Shown piece after piece: positions 19,023 to 27,848 of a stretch of 64,000 nucleotides of DNA. The stretch's first letter is position 1. Every line of letters starts with the position of its first letter. A program made the position numbers and the translations under genes. This DNA comes from Alphaproteobacteria bacterium. GTDB taxonomy: Bacteria > Pseudomonadota > Alphaproteobacteria > Puniceispirillales > Puniceispirillaceae. The stretch covers positions 23,681-87,680 of the forward strand of contig JADHLI010000008.1 of assembly GCA_016780775.1 (NCBI GenBank), written 5' to 3'. The notes beneath the pieces were generated by a model that saw only the letters and a program-made list of their open reading frames with translations, made no database searches and was not told the origin of the DNA.

Positions 19023-20480
19023 ATGATATCTCTGAACGACCCTAGCTTGCTGAAGACAGCCGCCTTCATTAATGGCCAATTTACGGCTGCGGTTAAGGAT
19101 AAACGCTTTAGCGTAACCAATCCTGCTAATGGTGCTGTTATTGCAGAGGTTGCAGATTTTGGCGCGGATGGCATTGCCGCCGCAATTGACGCTGCAGAGG
19201 CAGCACGCCATGCATGGGCGGCACGCACGGCCAAAGACCGTGCTGGCATTTTGCGGCGCTGGTATGATTTGTGTATCGAGCATGCAGATGATTTAGCAAC
19301 TATCCTGACAGCTGAAATGGGCAAACCGTTGGCCGAAGCCAAAGGCGAAATCCTTTATGGCTCCAGCTTTATAGAATGGTTTGCCGAAGAAGCTAAACGG
19401 GTATCAGGTGATGTGCTAGAAAGCCCATTTCCAGATAAAAAATTCCTTGTCCTGAAACAACCTGTTGGTGTTTTCGGCGCGATAACCCCGTGGAATTTTC
19501 CAAATGCAATGATCACCCGCAAAGTCTCTCCAGGACTGGCGGCAGGTTGTACATGCGTGCTGAAACCAGCAGAACAAACACCGCTATCTGCGCTTGCTTT
19601 AGCAGAATTAGCGCGCCGTGCAGGCTTCCCCGCTGGCGTGATGAATATCGTTACCGGCATGGATGCACCAGCCATGGGTAACACGCTATGCGCAGATGAG
19701 CGTGTGCGCAAAATCACCTTTACCGGATCAACAGAAGTTGGGCGCATCTTAATGCGGCAATCTGCTGAGACAGTTAAGAAGGTCAGCTTAGAGCTAGGGG
19801 GCAATGCGCCGCTTATCGTTTTTGACGATGCTGATCTGGATGAGGCGGTAGAGGGCGCAATCGCCTCTAAATACCGGAATGCTGGCCAGACTTGTGTCTG
19901 TGCCAACCGCATTTTTGTCCAAGCTGGTATTTATGAGGAATTTGCCCATGCTTTATCTGAAAAAGTGGCGGCAATGAAAGTTGGAGACGGCTTTGAAGAC
20001 GGCGTATCGCAAGGCCCTATCATCGACCAACAAGGCTTTGATAAAATTGAACGCCATGTCGAAGATGCGCTTGCAAAGGGGGCAGCTATTTCTGTGGGCG
20101 GCGCCCCGCATGAAAGAGGCGGCACATTTTATCAACCGACTGTGCTAACAGGCGCAACAAAAGATATGCAACTCTTCTCAGAAGAGACCTTTGGTCCTGT
20201 TGCTGCTTTATTTAAGTTTGAGACCGAAGAAGAAGTCATAGAAGCTGCTAACGACACTATCTTCGGGCTAGCTGCCTATTATTTCACAAAGGATGTGGGG
20301 CGTATTTTCCGCGTTGGTGAGGCACTAGAATATGGGATGGCTGTTGCCAATACAGGCGCTTATTCATCTGAGGTAGGTCCGTTTGGCGGGGTAAAAGCCT
20401 CTGGGCTTGGCCGCGAGGGCTCAAAATATGGCATTGATGAATTTTTGGAAATTAAACTGTTGGTGGTTGGCGGGGTATAA
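19023..20480 (+). CDS. gabD: NAD(P)+-dependent succinate-semialdehyde dehydrogenase (aldehyde dehydrogenase family)
   Basis: 485 aa with ALDH motifs: ITPWNFP, catalytic LELGGNAP, and GQTCVCANR. Overall it resembles GabD. Confidence 0.8.
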   Translation: MISLNDPSLLKTAAFINGQFTAAVKDKRFSVTNPANGAVIAEVADFGADGIAAAIDAAEAARHAWAARTAKDRAGILRRWYDLCIEHADDLATILTAEMGKPLAEAKGEILYGSSFIEWFAEEAKRVSGDVLESPFPDKKFLVLKQPVGVFGAITPWNFPNAMITRKVSPGLAAGCTCVLKPAEQTPLSALALAELARRAGFPAGVMNIVTGMDAPAMGNTLCADERVRKITFTGSTEVGRILMRQSAETVKKVSLELGGNAPLIVFDDADLDEAVEGAIASKYRNAGQTCVCANRIFVQAGIYEEFAHALSEKVAAMKVGDGFEDGVSQGPIIDQQGFDKIERHVEDALAKGAAISVGGAPHERGGTFYQPTVLTGATKDMQLFSEETFGPVAALFKFETEEEVIEAANDTIFGLAAYYFTKDVGRIFRVGEALEYGMAVANTGAYSSEVGPFGGVKASGLGREGSKYGIDEFLEIKLLVVGGV

Positions 20481-20516
20481 CCCATTCCAATCGTTTAAAA
20501 CAAGATAGAACACCTT

Positions 20517-20545
20517 AAAAAGAGGGGCTAACAGCCCCTCTTTTT
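20517..20545. terminator. bidirectional intrinsic terminator
   Basis: AAAA-AGAGGGGC-TAACA-GCCCCTCT-TTTT: an 8-bp GC-rich stem flanked by A4 and T4. It lies between convergent genes. Confidence 0.8.
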
Positions 20546-20579
20546 AATATTTGCCAACCTTTAAATCATCAGCGTATTT

Positions 20580-21446
20580 CTAGCGCTTTAACAGCCGGAT
20601 CAGACTAGAGGTATCATTACGGCCGAACCCTTGATGTGAGAGAGCCGCATAGAATTGAGCAACTAGTGCGGTCACTGGCAACTCTGAGCCGTTTTGTGCT
20701 GCCTCTGCCATACAGATCCGCAAATCTTTGCGCATCCAATCCACGGCAAAGCCAAAATCAAACTCATCACGCACCATCGTTGAGCCGCGATTTTCCATCT
20801 GCCAAGATTGTGCTGCCCCTCCAGAGACCACACCCAGCACCTTATCCATATCCAGACCGGCATTTTGGCCAAAATTAAGCGCTTCTGACAGGCCTTGAAC
20901 CAGCCCTGCAATACAGATCTGATTGACCATCTTGGTAAGCTGGCCAGCCCCAGCATCCCCCATATGTGTCACCTTTGCCCCATAACAAGACATTAAAGGC
21001 TCAGCGCGCGCAAAGGCTGCGGCATCCCCCCCGCACATTACTGTCAGCTTGCCATTTTCAGCACCAGCTTGCCCCCCAGAAACAGGCGCATCAATAAAAT
21101 GCATACCCCTATCTTGCGCTGCCTGATATAGCTCTCTTGCCACATCAGCAGAAGCGGTCGTGTTATCTATGAAAATCGCATTATCTGCCATGGTTGAAAA
21201 CGCCCCATCCTCGCCTGTGGTTACCACGCGAATATCAGCGTCATCACCAACACAAGCAAACACAAATTCAGCGCCAGATGCAGCCTCAGCTGGCGTAGCA
21301 GCAACGGCGCCGCCATGCTGGGCAGCCCATTTTTCTGCCTTTGCTTTGGTCCGGTTATAGACTACCACCTCATGCCCGCCAGCGGCTAGATGCCCTGCCA
21401 TCGGATAGCCCATAACCCCAAGACCTAAAAATGCTGCTTTTGCCAT
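20580..21446 (-). CDS. NAD(P)-dependent beta-hydroxyacid dehydrogenase (3-hydroxyisobutyrate dehydrogenase family)
   Basis: 288 aa with the N-terminal motif AFLGLGVMGYPMAGHL, followed by DAPVSGG and the catalytic-region pattern of the HIBADH/6PGDH-NAD-binding family. Confidence 0.8.
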   Translation of the reverse strand: MAKAAFLGLGVMGYPMAGHLAAGGHEVVVYNRTKAKAEKWAAQHGGAVAATPAEAASGAEFVFACVGDDADIRVVTTGEDGAFSTMADNAIFIDNTTASADVARELYQAAQDRGMHFIDAPVSGGQAGAENGKLTVMCGGDAAAFARAEPLMSCYGAKVTHMGDAGAGQLTKMVNQICIAGLVQGLSEALNFGQNAGLDMDKVLGVVSGGAAQSWQMENRGSTMVRDEFDFGFAVDWMRKDLRICMAEAAQNGSELPVTALVAQFYAALSHQGFGRNDTSSLIRLLKR

Positions 21447-21694
21447 ATTCGCTCTCCATCTTACGTTAGCATATTAAACTATCTTAAATTCCCGCCCACA
21501 GAATAGGGCGGGTGAGGCAGGCAAGTCCAGTGCTTTACAAACCCATCAAACAAAAGCCGCATTGGTTGATTTTTTTTTCGTCCCTAGCGCGTGGCCATGT
21601 TATGGTATCTTGCGCAACCAATATCAAAAATACAGGCGCATAAATTGGCGCGATAAGAGCTTCAAAGGCGTTGACTAGAACAAGAGGTTAAAAC

Positions 21695-22243
21695 ATGTCT
21701 GTTCTTACTGGTGATGATCATGTTGAAATTCTAATTTCTGAGACGGAAATCACCGCCCGTGTTAACCAACTCGCTAAACAGATATCCGAAAGTTATCCAG
21801 ATACAGAACAGCTGGTCGTGGTAGGCCTTCTGCGCGGGTCATTTATTTTTATCGCTGATCTCGTGCGCCGGCTAAACTTGCCGGTTGAAGTGGATTTTAT
21901 GACCGTATCCAGCTATGGCGATAGCACTGTATCCTCTCGGCAGGTAAAAATCCTGAAAGATTTAGAAACCAACATCCATAACCGTGATGTGCTGGTGGTT
22001 GAGGATATTATCGATACTGGCTACACATTAGCGCAAGTGCTGAAGATTATGCAGACCAGAGGTCCGTCTAGCCTGTCTGTCTGCACGCTACTGAACAAAC
22101 CTTCCCGGCGTGAGGTAGAGGTGGATATCCGTTGGACAGGCTTTGATATTCCTGATGAGTTTGTTATCGGCTATGGCATTGATTATGCCCAGCAAGGGCG
22201 TAATCTGCCACATATAGGCTTTGTGCAAAAAAGCGCGCAATAG
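21695..22243 (+). CDS. hpt: hypoxanthine phosphoribosyltransferase
   Basis: 182 aa with the PRPP-binding motif VLVVEDIIDTGYTL and the typical Hpt ending IGYGIDYAQQGRNLP. Confidence 0.9.
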   Translation: MSVLTGDDHVEILISETEITARVNQLAKQISESYPDTEQLVVVGLLRGSFIFIADLVRRLNLPVEVDFMTVSSYGDSTVSSRQVKILKDLETNIHNRDVLVVEDIIDTGYTLAQVLKIMQTRGPSSLSVCTLLNKPSRREVEVDIRWTGFDIPDEFVIGYGIDYAQQGRNLPHIGFVQKSAQ

Positions 22244-22264
22244 AAAGCTACCTTCTGAAACGTC

Positions 22265-23593
22265 CTAACTCAGTAAATCTGCTTCATAAGGATAGCAAGA
22301 TAAAGCCTCTGCACCCTTTTCGGTGATTACCACCTGCTCTTCCAGCTTAACGCCTTCGTGCCCACCTTCTGCACCAACATACGCCTCAACACACAAAGTC
22401 ATCCCTACTTCTAGCTGGCCGCTATAGCCATAATGCGTGACATCTTCTGGATAGCGGATGCTAGGATATTCATCACACAAACCTACCCCATGCGCCAGAA
22501 CCCCATAACGCAGCGCGCGGTAGGCTTTAGGCAAGCGGTGGGCTTTTTGCGTAACCTCCAGAAAGCTCATCCCAGGCTTAAGCATCGCAATATTATGCAT
22601 CACATGCTCATAGGCTATTTTATACAAGGTCTTTTGCTCATTTGTTGGCATGACATCCCCAACAATCCAAGAGCGCGAAATATCACAGCAATACCCATAA
22701 GTTGAAACCAAATCAGTATCAAAAGCCAGCATATCACCAGCTTTCAATATTCGAGGACCACATTCCTGAAACCAGGGGTTGGTGCGCGGCCCAGATGATA
22801 ATATCCGCGTTTCAATCCATTCACCGCCGCGCTTGATACTGCCAGCATGCAAAACTGCCCACACATCATTTTCAGTAACGCCTGGTGCAACCACATTGCG
22901 CATCTCCTCCACCGCCTGCTCACAGGCATGAATAGCGCAGCGCATCGCGTTTAGCTCATTCTCATTCTTTATCGAACGGGCATGCTCGCTTAACACCTGA
23001 CCATCTAGCATTTTTACGCCTTTGCGCGTTAGCGCAGCAAAGCCCACATTTTCAATCTTATCCACCGCTAGCCGTTTATTCTTGCCGCCATGTATGCCCA
23101 TAAGAGACACAATTTGATCAGCAAAGAGATTTGCATGCTCATCTGTGCGATCGCCAGTTTCAAAATAAAAGAATGATGCGCCGCCCCGCACCTCCCCAAC
23201 CAGAGGCAAATGCGCAGATAGATGGGCACAGGAATGAAAATCAAACAATATCATCTTGCCAGAGGGCGGGACAAAACAGGCGCGCGCGGCATTATGGGCA
23301 GTCCAGAGCTGCATATTCGTGCTGTCTGTCGCATAGCGGATATTAAGGGGATCAAACAGCAGCAAACCTGCACAATCATGGGCTTTTATCTGTTCCTGTA
23401 GCCGCGATAGGCGGTATTCACGCAAAGCTGGCAAGTCAGGCGGCGATATCCCAGCTTCCTTCCATTCAGAAAAGGCCAGCCCCGTCGGCCCAATTTCCAC
23501 CCGGTCATTATCGCTAGGCGTACCATCGGGCCGCAAATGCGCACGCCGCGAGGGATCAATTTTCCGGTTAGAGCCTAAAACAAAAGAACCCAT
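22265..23593 (-). CDS. dddP: DMSP lyase DddP (M24 metallopeptidase-fold)
   Basis: 442 aa. Long stretches match DddP as I recall it: RKIDPSR, VEIGPTGLAF, LFDPLNIRYATDSTNMQLW, RGGEWIETRILSSGPRTNPWFQECGPR, FDTDL...CDISR, HGVGLCDEYP, and the LCVEA/KLEEQ metal ligands. Confidence 0.8.
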   Translation of the reverse strand: MGSFVLGSNRKIDPSRRAHLRPDGTPSDNDRVEIGPTGLAFSEWKEAGISPPDLPALREYRLSRLQEQIKAHDCAGLLLFDPLNIRYATDSTNMQLWTAHNAARACFVPPSGKMILFDFHSCAHLSAHLPLVGEVRGGASFFYFETGDRTDEHANLFADQIVSLMGIHGGKNKRLAVDKIENVGFAALTRKGVKMLDGQVLSEHARSIKNENELNAMRCAIHACEQAVEEMRNVVAPGVTENDVWAVLHAGSIKRGGEWIETRILSSGPRTNPWFQECGPRILKAGDMLAFDTDLVSTYGYCCDISRSWIVGDVMPTNEQKTLYKIAYEHVMHNIAMLKPGMSFLEVTQKAHRLPKAYRALRYGVLAHGVGLCDEYPSIRYPEDVTHYGYSGQLEVGMTLCVEAYVGAEGGHEGVKLEEQVVITEKGAEALSCYPYEADLLS

Positions 23594-23648
23594 GATAAAA
23601 TCTCCTGTTGTAAAAAGCTGCCAGAATTTTTACCCGGCTTTTTTAAAT

Positions 23649-23704
23649 GGCTTATTTTAACTGGCCTATTTTAGCTGGCCTATTTTAGCTGGCCTATTTT
23701 AAGG
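23649..23704. repeat. 4 x 14-bp tandem repeat (GGCCTATTTTAGCT)
   Basis: Read directly: two perfect internal copies and degenerate first and last copies. It lies 56-111 bp upstream of the dddP start. Confidence 0.95.
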
Positions 23705-23834
23705 ATATATCTATCTAGTAGCAGCACCGTTTTACCTCTTCAGAGTGGCAAATTTTTCGCTAAACACAAGTTCAAGAGGCGACAGCTTTAACGATAAATG
23801 TCGAAAAAGGAGCAAAAAAAGATGAAAACTAGGC

Positions 23835-25052
23835 TTAAGACAAGCTAGTAGTGACCTGAATGCCAGCTTCTAGCGATTTATGCACCGGACATTTATCTGC
23901 AATTTCCAACAGCCGCGCGCGCATATCGTCATCAAGTTCACCTTTTAAGACAATAGTACGGTCAATAAAATCAAGCTTTCCTGCTTGTTTGTTGTCTTCT
24001 AGATAATCCTTTTTATGGTGCAATTGTACCTCCACATCCTCTAGCGGCCAGCCTTTATGACGGGCATATAAACGCAAGGTCATTGCGGTACAGGCGCCAA
24101 GCCCCGCTAGCAAAAAGTCATAAGGTGGTGGCCCGCTATCCAGACCACCTGGAACTGAAAGCGGCTCATCTGCACGCATCGCGGTGCTTCCCGCCACAAT
24201 GTCATGGGCAAAATCGCCATCTGGACTTGCGCTTACAAGCACCTCCCCTTCTTTAGAGGGGCTAAGTTTTTCCGCCCTTGGCAGGCATCTTTGCGCCCAG
24301 CTAGAGATGACCTCTGCGGCAAAATTAGCGTCACCTGCGTCGGTTAGCAGGTGGTTGGCCTTATCCAGCGAGACAAAAGATTTGGGATGCTTGGCATGAG
24401 TGAAAATTTTGGCTGCATTTTCGATACCAACAATAGTATCGATAGGGCTATGCAGAACCAACAGATCACAACGAAGATGGGCTATATGGTCTGCTGTCAT
24501 GCGTGATTTTAAATCTTGCACCATCTCTGCCCCCACCACAAAGGGGCGTCCGCCAATATGCACTTCAGCCTGTCCATCTGCCTCAATTTTAGCCAAAGAT
24601 TGATCAAATAGATGCAAGACATGCCCAGCAAAGGAAGGCGCGCCAATAGTAGCTACTGCCGATACAGTTTCAATATCACTAGCTGCCGTAAGCACCGCTG
24701 CTCCGCCTAGCGAATGACCTATCAGCAATTGCGGTACAAGCCTGTGTGTGCCGAACTTTTCTGCTGCCATAAAGCCTGCTGCAGCCTTCAGATCGTCTAT
24801 ATTGGAAGCAAAGCTGGTATTGGAAAACGCCCCTTCAGAGCGCCCAAGACCGGTGAAATCAAAGCGCAGTACCGCCAACCCAGCACGAGCAAGGCCAGCA
24901 GCAATACGTGAGGCTGCCAAGGTTTCTTTGGAACAGGTAAAACAATGTGCAAAAATAGCCGCACCACGATAGCTACCTTGCGGCAGATGCAATTTACCTG
25001 CTAGTTGCTGGCCCACAGGCCCTGCAAAACGCACATCCTGAATGTTGCTCAT
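23835..25052 (-). CDS. bifunctional alpha/beta hydrolase / OsmC-family protein
   Basis: 405 aa. The N-terminal ~260 aa form an alpha/beta-hydrolase with the nucleophile elbow GHSLGG. The C-terminal ~140 aa have an OsmC/Ohr-like pattern (LAGLGACTAMTLRLYA...CPVH). Confidence 0.8.
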   Translation of the reverse strand: MSNIQDVRFAGPVGQQLAGKLHLPQGSYRGAAIFAHCFTCSKETLAASRIAAGLARAGLAVLRFDFTGLGRSEGAFSNTSFASNIDDLKAAAGFMAAEKFGTHRLVPQLLIGHSLGGAAVLTAASDIETVSAVATIGAPSFAGHVLHLFDQSLAKIEADGQAEVHIGGRPFVVGAEMVQDLKSRMTADHIAHLRCDLLVLHSPIDTIVGIENAAKIFTHAKHPKSFVSLDKANHLLTDAGDANFAAEVISSWAQRCLPRAEKLSPSKEGEVLVSASPDGDFAHDIVAGSTAMRADEPLSVPGGLDSGPPPYDFLLAGLGACTAMTLRLYARHKGWPLEDVEVQLHHKKDYLEDNKQAGKLDFIDRTIVLKGELDDDMRARLLEIADKCPVHKSLEAGIQVTTSLS

Positions 25053-25180
25053 TTATGTCTCGTCCTTTTGTCTGAACTGCTTTTAGCTGTCTCTTGGCCT
25101 ATGCGCTTTCTAACGCTAGAGCTAGAGCTAGACCTGCCTTACCGCATGGCCGCTAAAAACACAGAACAGACTATCAGACC

Positions 25181-26182
25181 CTACAGACAGACAAGACAAC
25201 GCCCCTGTATCTCTCCTTTCAATATCGCTTTACTTGTTTCCTCAAGCGACCCAAGGTTGATTTCAGTGACAATTGTTTCTAGTTTTTCCATTGGAAATTG
25301 TGCGGCAAGCCGCTCCCAAGCAGCTACCCTATGCTCACAAGGCTGAAATACAGAATCAATACCAAGCAAGTTAACGCCGCGCAGCAGAAAGGGTAGAACA
25401 TTCGCTGGCAAATCATTGCCGCCTGCATTACCGATAGCCGCCACCGAGCCACCATAACTAAGCTGGCCTAAAATGCGCGCTAGCATCTGGCCACCCACAT
25501 TATCAATACAAGAAAGCCAACGCTCACTCTCTAGCGGTCTGGCTGAAGCCTCGGAAAGATCATCACGAGCAATCAGTGTATGAGCGCCCATTTGCCGTAA
25601 AAAGTCACCAGAAGCATCTATCCGGCCTGTGACTGCCGCCACGCGGTAGCCTAGAGCCGATAGCAAGGCAACAGAGATAGACCCTACCCCGCCAGCCGCG
25701 CCAGTAACCAGAACTTCGGCTGCATCATCTCCTTTTGACAGGGTCAGGCCATGCGCCTCTAGCGCCTGTAATCCAAACATCGCGGTAAGGCCGGGCGTGC
25801 CCAAAATCATTGCCTGACGTGTAGTCATCGAAGCCGGCATCGGCACAAGCTGGTCAGCTTTAATACGCGCGCGCTGGGCATACCCGCCATGGCTAATCTC
25901 GCCAATGCGCCACCCCGTAGCGATAACCTTATCCCCCTGCTTGTAGCGAGCATCACGGCTCTCCAGCACCTCCCCTGAAAATTCAACACCGGGAATGCGC
26001 GGAAACTCGCGGATTAGACGCCCCAGACCATTAATACACAAACCGTCTTTATAATTCACTCCAGCATATTCGACCGCGACTAAAACCTCGCCTTCCTCAC
26101 CTAGAAAATCATTGTCGACCTGACGGATTTCAGAACGTGTTTTTCCTGCATCATCCTGCTCTAAGACCAGCGCATCAAACAT
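25181..26182 (-). CDS. acuI: acrylyl-CoA reductase (NADPH), YhdH/AcuI family MDR oxidoreductase
   Basis: 333 aa. It appears collinear with E. coli YhdH as I recall it: ...VNYKDGL...FPRIPGVEFSG..., VLVTGAAGGVGS, GGSVAAIGNAGG, GRCLV. Confidence 0.8.
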   Translation of the reverse strand: MFDALVLEQDDAGKTRSEIRQVDNDFLGEEGEVLVAVEYAGVNYKDGLCINGLGRLIREFPRIPGVEFSGEVLESRDARYKQGDKVIATGWRIGEISHGGYAQRARIKADQLVPMPASMTTRQAMILGTPGLTAMFGLQALEAHGLTLSKGDDAAEVLVTGAAGGVGSISVALLSALGYRVAAVTGRIDASGDFLRQMGAHTLIARDDLSEASARPLESERWLSCIDNVGGQMLARILGQLSYGGSVAAIGNAGGNDLPANVLPFLLRGVNLLGIDSVFQPCEHRVAAWERLAAQFPMEKLETIVTEINLGSLEETSKAILKGEIQGRCLVCL

Positions 26183-26281
26183 TATCCGTCTCCTCAGACT
26201 TTTCGTTTGCTGTAAAATATGGCACTCTAGCCAGATTACAGCTTACAAAAAACGCGCCCACAAAGAAAGTCAGGAACAGAT

Positions 26282-26686
26282 ATGTTTGACGAGTTGAGCC
26301 CAACAGATGTGTATCACGCGCTCACAGAAAACGAAAATAGCCTTTTGCTAGACTGCCGCACCCGCGCCGAATGGGTTTATGTGGGCATCCCTGATATACG
26401 CCTAACAAAGGCACAGCTTGCCCTTATCGAATGGACAGATATTACCGGCCAGCAAAATCTAAATTTTGTAAATCAGTGCCGCGAGCAAGCAAGCACAGAT
26501 ACTGCCATTTTTGTGATTTGCCGCTCTGGGGCGCGTTCTGCTGCTGCGTGCATGAGCCTTGTTCAGAACGGATTTGAAAATGTGTGTAATGTCAGCGAAG
26601 GTTTCGAAGGAGATTTGGATAACCAGAACCATCGTAGCCGTGTAAATGGGTGGAAATATCACAAATTGCCTTGGCACCAAAGGTGA
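26282..26686 (+). CDS. rhodanese-like domain protein
   Basis: 134 aa with a single rhodanese domain and the active-site loop ICRSGARS. It is divergent from acuI. Confidence 0.75.
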   Translation: MFDELSPTDVYHALTENENSLLLDCRTRAEWVYVGIPDIRLTKAQLALIEWTDITGQQNLNFVNQCREQASTDTAIFVICRSGARSAAACMSLVQNGFENVCNVSEGFEGDLDNQNHRSRVNGWKYHKLPWHQR

Positions 26687-26792
26687 AATTGGCATCATAA
26701 CGGCAAAGCATCCGTGCTATAAGGGTTAAAACGGGTAAAAAAGTAAAAAAATTATTACTTGTGAAATCTTTAATTGAGGCAGTATAGGCCTC

Positions 26793-27827
26793 ATGTCTTC
26801 CCATAAACAGAAAAATTCCGCGTCATCAAATGGCACGGGCAGCCAGAGCAAAAGCTTTTATACCCTTCATATCGCGCCGCTTTTGGATGCTGATAAGTCT
26901 GTGCTATTTTCAGTATCTGGTCCCTTTTCTTCTGTTGGACTAACTTCATCCATGCAGGAATTACGCGAGCGTTTGAGCGGGTTTCAGGCAAAGTTTCAGT
27001 TTAACCTATGTGCTGTTTTTATCGAGCTATATCAGAATATTGATCGTTATGGGTTGCCCCTGCCAGACACAGATGAAAAACAAAGTGAACGCGCCTTTGG
27101 GTGTATCCAAATCACCACCGATGATGCAGGCGGTTACCAGCTACGTGCTATTAACCTTGTCTGCCAAGCTGATACATTCCAGCTTGGCGAAAAGCTATCG
27201 GCCCTACAGGCGTTAGATAAAAAAGGGTTGGCCGCACGCTATCGTGCCCAGCTAGCAAGTCTTGCACCCATTTCAGGTAAAAGCCACCGCCGAACAGGGC
27301 TGGGTCTGATAGATATGGCACGGCGGGTTGATGGTCAATTTTCGTTTATGCTTAACAGGGCTGATGATGATCATTGCCTGTTAATTTTGGAGGCTCATTT
27401 TCAAGAAAATTCTTCAACGCCCCTTGCAACAAGGACAGAAAAAATGAACCCTTTTACGCTTAAAGCGTCTTCTCGTTCTCCAAAAGTGACCCTGAGTCCA
27501 GCCGAAAATAAGCTGTTGATATCCGGTGAGTCCTATCCTGAAAATGTAACTGCCTTTTATGCCCAGCTAGAGGCAGCCTTAAAAGATTATCTCGCCAAAA
27601 ATCCAGAAAGGCTGGAGGTGGATATTGCGCTGCGCTATTTTAATTCTGGCTCTGCACATGCGCTACTTACCCTGTTGCGGATGCTTGACAGCTATGCCCA
27701 AAAGGGGTGTGAAATTAGCCTGCTTTGGAAAGTTGTTGTCGATGATGATATTGGGCGCGAATTTGCCCAAGATATTGCCGAGCAAGCACCTAACCTGTTC
27801 TTAAATATCAGCGAGATGAGCGAATAG
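26793..27827 (+). CDS. fusion protein: SiaB-like (anti-sigma-type) protein kinase + SiaC-like DUF1987 phosphoprotein
   Basis: 344 aa. Residues ~25-205 have the SiaB pattern: SGPFSS, VFIELYQNIDRYG, KKGLAARYRAQL, GLGLIDMARR. Residues 218-344, starting at the internal Met (ATG 27444), have the DUF1987/SiaC pattern: ISGESYPEN, LRYFNSGS, ISLLWKVVVDDD. Confidence 0.7.
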   Translation: MSSHKQKNSASSNGTGSQSKSFYTLHIAPLLDADKSVLFSVSGPFSSVGLTSSMQELRERLSGFQAKFQFNLCAVFIELYQNIDRYGLPLPDTDEKQSERAFGCIQITTDDAGGYQLRAINLVCQADTFQLGEKLSALQALDKKGLAARYRAQLASLAPISGKSHRRTGLGLIDMARRVDGQFSFMLNRADDDHCLLILEAHFQENSSTPLATRTEKMNPFTLKASSRSPKVTLSPAENKLLISGESYPENVTAFYAQLEAALKDYLAKNPERLEVDIALRYFNSGSAHALLTLLRMLDSYAQKGCEISLLWKVVVDDDIGREFAQDIAEQAPNLFLNISEMSE

Positions 27828-27848
27828 GATATGGGTATCAATAAGCTT

